The notes below the pieces were generated by a model that did no database searches, had not been told where the DNA came from, and saw only the letters and a list, made by a program, of their open reading frames with translations. DNA of 22,676 nucleotides from contig JAYUUO010000287.1 of NCBI GenBank assembly GCA_043754515.1, positions 1-22,676 on the forward strand, written 5' to 3'. Every line of letters begins with the position of its first letter. The stretch's first letter is position 1. Positions 19,472 through 22,676 of this stretch are shown in pieces. Source of the stretch: Armatimonadota bacterium (GTDB taxonomy: Bacteria; Armatimonadota; Armatimonadia; Armatimonadales; Armatimonadaceae). The position numbers were made by a program, and so were the translations under genes.

Positions 19472-19597
19472 TCAGTCCCCCCACTCAGCGCGTAGTTCTT
19501 GGATGTCGTAATAGCGAGTGCCTTTCCACGTATCCGCCCGACTCATGGTAGAGATGAGGGACAGACATACCAGCAGAGTTACACACACGCTTCGCAT
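19472..19597 (-). pseudogene. 41-aa internally deleted paralog of the metzincin protease (not in ORF track)
   Basis: Translates as MRSVCVTLLVCLSLISTMSRADTWKGTRYYDIQELRAEWGD*. ADTWKGTR matches protease ADSWNGTR and YDIQELRAEWG matches YDVNELIAKWG. Stop is 1 nt before the paralog 2 ATG. Confidence 0.8.
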
Positions 19598-19752
19598 CGA
19601 GTTGTCAAAGATAGCATACGTTGAAACGCCCCGGTTTGTTTAGTACAGGGAACCATCCCCCAATTCAAAGTAGACTTTGAAGCGCGAACCGCCGTAACGA
19701 GACGTTGTTTCCTTCTGACGATTATTTCACGGTGACCGACGGACGCAGTCAG

Positions 19753-19768
19753 TGGCACGAAAATTGCT
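19753..19768 (+). promoter_or_regulatory. Sigma-54 consensus site
   Basis: TGGCACGAAAATTGCT, a perfect match to TGGCACG-N4-TTGCW; intergenic. Confidence 0.6.
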
Positions 19769-19873
19769 ATGGACAGGGCGTTGCGAGGCCCGCGCCGACC
19801 ATGTCTACTGGATCTGGTTTCGGTACACGCCGGGGCTGATGTGGTAAGGCGTCGGAATATCTTCTGTTCACTT

Positions 19874-19902
19874 TTGACGCGGTTGTTCATCCGCAGTATA
19901 CT
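19874..19902 (+). promoter_or_regulatory. Sigma-70-type promoter of the TA-like operon
   Basis: TTGACG-N17-TATACT, 27 nt upstream of the ATG at 19930; imperfect palindrome GCGGTTGTTCATCCGC in the spacer. Confidence 0.75.
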
Positions 19903-19929
19903 CTACTAAATACGGAGCAACCGAGAACG

Positions 19930-20184
19930 ATGCCCACCCTGACTCTTGAACTACCGGACGCGGCATACCATGCTGCGCTTGCCCTCCCCGAAACAGAGCG
20001 AGTGCGTCGCGCCACGTTCGCTTTTATAGACGACGAGGGAGATGGACCGGATTACGATCGCGAAACGGACGAGGATGACCTCGCCGCTATCGGCCGCAGT
20101 CTTGAGGACGAGGCCGCAGGGCGCATCATACCCGGTGATATAGCCCTCGCGCGATTCAGACAGCAATTCAAACGGAACTCATAG
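19930..20184 (+). CDS. Putative type II antitoxin (small acidic protein)
   Basis: 84 aa; N-terminal TLTLELPD; acidic middle; C-terminal AIGRSLEDEAAGRIIP typical of antitoxins partnering RelE/ParE toxins; upstream of a toxin-like gene. Confidence 0.65.
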   Translation: MPTLTLELPDAAYHAALALPETERVRRATFAFIDDEGDGPDYDRETDEDDLAAIGRSLEDEAAGRIIPGDIALARFRQQFKRNS

Positions 20185-20207
20185 CGGCAGATGGAAATGA
20201 TCCGCTC

Positions 20208-20615
20208 ATGAACCCGCTTCAACTCGACCTCAGCGAGTCGGCACTTGCCGAGCTGTCAGCGGCAGGAGAGTACGTGCGCTTCAGTCAGGGCGATACCGCC
20301 GCCGAACGCTTCAGTGAGAGAGTTTCCGAAGCGTTCGGCGCGGCGACCACACGGCTCGCCAGGGAAATATCCCAGAACATAACAGGGAAACCATTCGATC
20401 CGGTTGATCCGGTGGCTTCCGCCCGGTGGGCGCAGCCAGTGTACCGCATGCGCGTCGAAACGGCTGACAAGCGGGCGCGGTATAGCAGCGCGAGGCTATG
20501 GTATGTACTACTCGCTCCGTGACAAGGGGGGGTTGGCAGACCTGATACGTTACTGATTCACGGCTTGCGGCATAGCGCGACGCGCCCGCTCGATGCCGAG
20601 CAAGGCAACGGGTGA
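20208..20615 (+). pseudogene. RelE/ParE-like toxin interrupted by TGA at 20520-20522
   Basis: N-terminus LDLSESALAEL...AAERF is ParE/RelE-like. The same frame continues past the TGA as QGGVGRPDTLLIHGLRHSATRPL..., resembling the family's final strand, to a stop at 20613-20615. Confidence 0.55.
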
Positions 20616-21640
20616 AAACGGGACCCGGTTGCCACTAGATCGTCTACCCAGAAGACAAAACTCGCGCTCGTCCCCTCATCCGGGTTCGTGACGGTGATGT
20701 CAAAGCCTCCTCCGGCCGCTATGTCGCTGTTCTGGATCGGCGCGGTTAGTCGAGTCGCCGACACAAACGTGGTCTGCCGGTCGGTGCCCCCGAACTTGAT
20801 CACCGCGCCGTTCTTGAAGCCGGTGCCGCTCACGGTCAGAGTGAACGCCGGCCAGTTCCCTGTCACGACGCCGGACGGCCCGACGCCCATGATGGTCAGC
20901 GGGGCCGTGTTCGGCACCGCGAATGTGACGCCGTACGCCGCCGTCAACTCGTCCCGTAACATTTGCTTGAAGGATTTTGAGCCGTCGCGCTTTGTATTCC
21001 CCGTGACTTCGTCCTCGGCATCGGTCCCGTCCGTGTTAAACCGCCCGAGGTTGGCGTTGAACGTCTGATACTTGCCGTTCCTTTTTCGCTTCAAGAAAAG
21101 GACATACCGACTGTTCTGCTTCAGCTCGTAGCAGTTCTCGATGACGCTCTTGAACACCCCCTGTGCGCCGTAACTCATCAAGCCCACAGGTTCGCTTACC
21201 GAGATGACCTGTTCCACCTGGATTGCCGTCCCCGATAGCACACTCTCGACACGGAACGCGCCGTCCGTCCACTCTATCAGCGGGAGGCTTTCACCCCCTT
21301 TGTCGAAGATGCTCACGGGCGACATCAGGGCGTAGTGCGCCCGCCCGTAGACAAACTCCTGCGTTGGCGTGCCCACGACTATCGCATCGGCGTTCGCTAA
21401 TACGTCGGCCAACGTTTCTCGGTAACGGATGCAACTCACCGGCCCCGCGATGTGAATTTGACTCTTTGTGATGCCTTTCGGCAGGCGCGATTTGACGACA
21501 CGATAACGAGGCGTGCGTCTAACCGCACTTCTGCTCGCTTTACTTTTTGTCGGCGGCTTCGCGGTGCCAGCGGAGTGCGCGGCGACGGGAATCAGGACGC
21601 ACACCAATAAGAACCCTGCCCAATTTGTTATTCGCATCAT
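20558..21640 (-). CDS. Secreted 'partner' protein, paralog 3, with C-terminal IPT/TIG-like domain
   Basis: Signal peptide; core DAIVVGTPTQEFV, ENCYELKQNSRYV, NLGRFNTDGTDAEDEV; IPT domain nearly identical to paralog 1. Confidence 0.85.
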   Translation of the reverse strand: MMRITNWAGFLLVCVLIPVAAHSAGTAKPPTKSKASRSAVRRTPRYRVVKSRLPKGITKSQIHIAGPVSCIRYRETLADVLANADAIVVGTPTQEFVYGRAHYALMSPVSIFDKGGESLPLIEWTDGAFRVESVLSGTAIQVEQVISVSEPVGLMSYGAQGVFKSVIENCYELKQNSRYVLFLKRKRNGKYQTFNANLGRFNTDGTDAEDEVTGNTKRDGSKSFKQMLRDELTAAYGVTFAVPNTAPLTIMGVGPSGVVTGNWPAFTLTVSGTGFKNGAVIKFGGTDRQTTFVSATRLTAPIQNSDIAAGGGFDITVTNPDEGTSASFVFWVDDLVATGSRFHPLPCSASSGRVALCRKP

Positions 21641-21698
21641 ATACCTGGCAACCTTTTCTGAAGCACCGCATTGTTGTAGTCAGTGCGGCTACAAAAAT

Positions 21699-21730
21699 GT
21701 GTCGTAGCAAGACCGTGTCGTAACAAGACC
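21699..21730. repeat. 16-bp tandem direct repeat upstream of paralog 3
   Basis: GTGTCGTAGCAAGACC GTGTCGTAACAAGACC (1 mismatch). Confidence 0.7.
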
Positions 21731-21915
21731 GTTCGGAGACACCTGCTACTTGTTTAGCTCCGAAGGACACTACTCCGCTTCAAAGCATATTATGAGGAGA
21801 GTAGGACTCGGGTGAGCACCGGAAGCTTGGATCGATTGATCACTAACGGGCGAGGAGTGATCTCATCTACACGGTAATCGTGATATTGGCCATGGAAGAT
21901 CCGTGCCAACCCCGC

Positions 21916-22676
21916 CTACCGGATCTGCTTGCGGTACGCCCCTGGACTGACGTGGTAATGGCGGCGGAACACCTTGCACAGATGGTTGGCGTCCGCGAAG
22001 CCGGTCTCGGCGGCGATCACATCCAGCGTCGCGTCCGTCTCGGCCAGGCGGCGCGACGCCGATTCGAGCCGCACCTGTGTCATAAAGCGGCCCGGCGTGG
22101 TGCCCGTCACGGCGCGGAAGTGGTGCGAGTAGCGGCTGCGCTCCATCCCGCGCGCCCGCGCCAGATCCGGTACGCCGATGGGCGAGGCGAGGCGATTCTC
22201 GACGTAGCCGCGCGTCTCCTCCAGTAGCCGTTCCCGCGCCGCCGCCGTCTCCGCCCCGCCGTGTCGCCGCGCCCGCGCCGCCCGCTCGACGCACAGTAGC
22301 AGATCGAAGAGCGCGGCCTCCTCGTCAAACCGGTCATGCGCCGTTTCACCGATCAGCGCGAGCCGCGCCGCCGCACCGCGTACCGCCCCGGCAAGGGCAT
22401 CGTGCCCGAAGTCCCAAACCGCGCCCGTCTCGGCGAGCCGCGCCGCAAGTCGCGTGATGACATACGGGTGGCGAATAATGAGCCAGAAAAAGCCCCACTC
22501 TTCGGTGGCGGTCGCGGGCAGGAGGTACCGGTGCGTGGATGGCAGCACGGCGAAGAAGCCCCGCCCCTCCGGCAGTGCAACAGCGGAGCCGTCCGGCCCG
22601 ACCCAACACCCCGTACCCGTTAGCGTGATCTGGAGGAGCAGGGACGGACGCTTCGGATCGCCCCCGCGCTTCAAAC
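21916..22676 (-). CDS. AraC-family transcriptional regulator (5' end probably outside window)
   Basis: Cupin-like N-terminal part; double HTH LARARGMERSRYSHHF...IAAETGFADANHLCKVFRRHYHVSPGAYR. Confidence 0.92.
   Translation of the reverse strand, partial: LKRGGDPKRPSLLLQITLTGTGCWVGPDGSAVALPEGRGFFAVLPSTHRYLLPATATEEWGFFWLIIRHPYVITRLAARLAETGAVWDFGHDALAGAVRGAAARLALIGETAHDRFDEEAALFDLLLCVERAARARRHGGAETAAARERLLEETRGYVENRLASPIGVPDLARARGMERSRYSHHFRAVTGTTPGRFMTQVRLESASRRLAETDATLDVIAAETGFADANHLCKVFRRHYHVSPGAYRKQIR

Noticed and set aside
19579..19890. 103-aa minus-strand ORF
   Set aside because: No recognisable features; it overlaps promoter elements and the better-supported mini-ORF in another frame.
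21641..21915. Third protease remnant upstream of paralog 3
   Set aside because: I found no DxWxGTR, HExxH or YD..EL...WG-like sequence by eye; tblastn would be needed to exclude it fully.

Overview
GC-rich bacterial chromosomal window. The two PEP-CTERM genes and the overall gene set suggest an Armatimonadota-like organism (inference). Housekeeping genes (rnd, pdp, clpP-clpX, typA, a lone ABC ATPase) are interspersed with two notable accessory loci. (1) Left end: a minus-strand three-gene operon behind a near-consensus sigma-54 promoter. It encodes two uncharacterised helical proteins built from a shared 40-residue repeat, followed by a photoactive yellow protein with Y42/E46/C69 intact; this is a candidate undescribed blue-light sensing module. 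(2) Right end: an array of three paralogous secreted or lipoprotein 'partner' genes. One follows an intact secreted metzincin protease. One follows an unannotated 41-aa mini-ORF that is the same protease with its whole catalytic core deleted. One has no protease upstream. A toxin-antitoxin-like pair with an interrupted RelE/ParE-like toxin lies within the array. Also present are a PAS-PP2C phosphatase, a DUF6717-like protein, a ClpX ending in an ssrA-like -LAA, three sigma-54 consensus sites and a partial AraC regulator. No rRNA, tRNA, CRISPR array or transposase was seen. Family assignments come from motif recognition by eye, not database searches.
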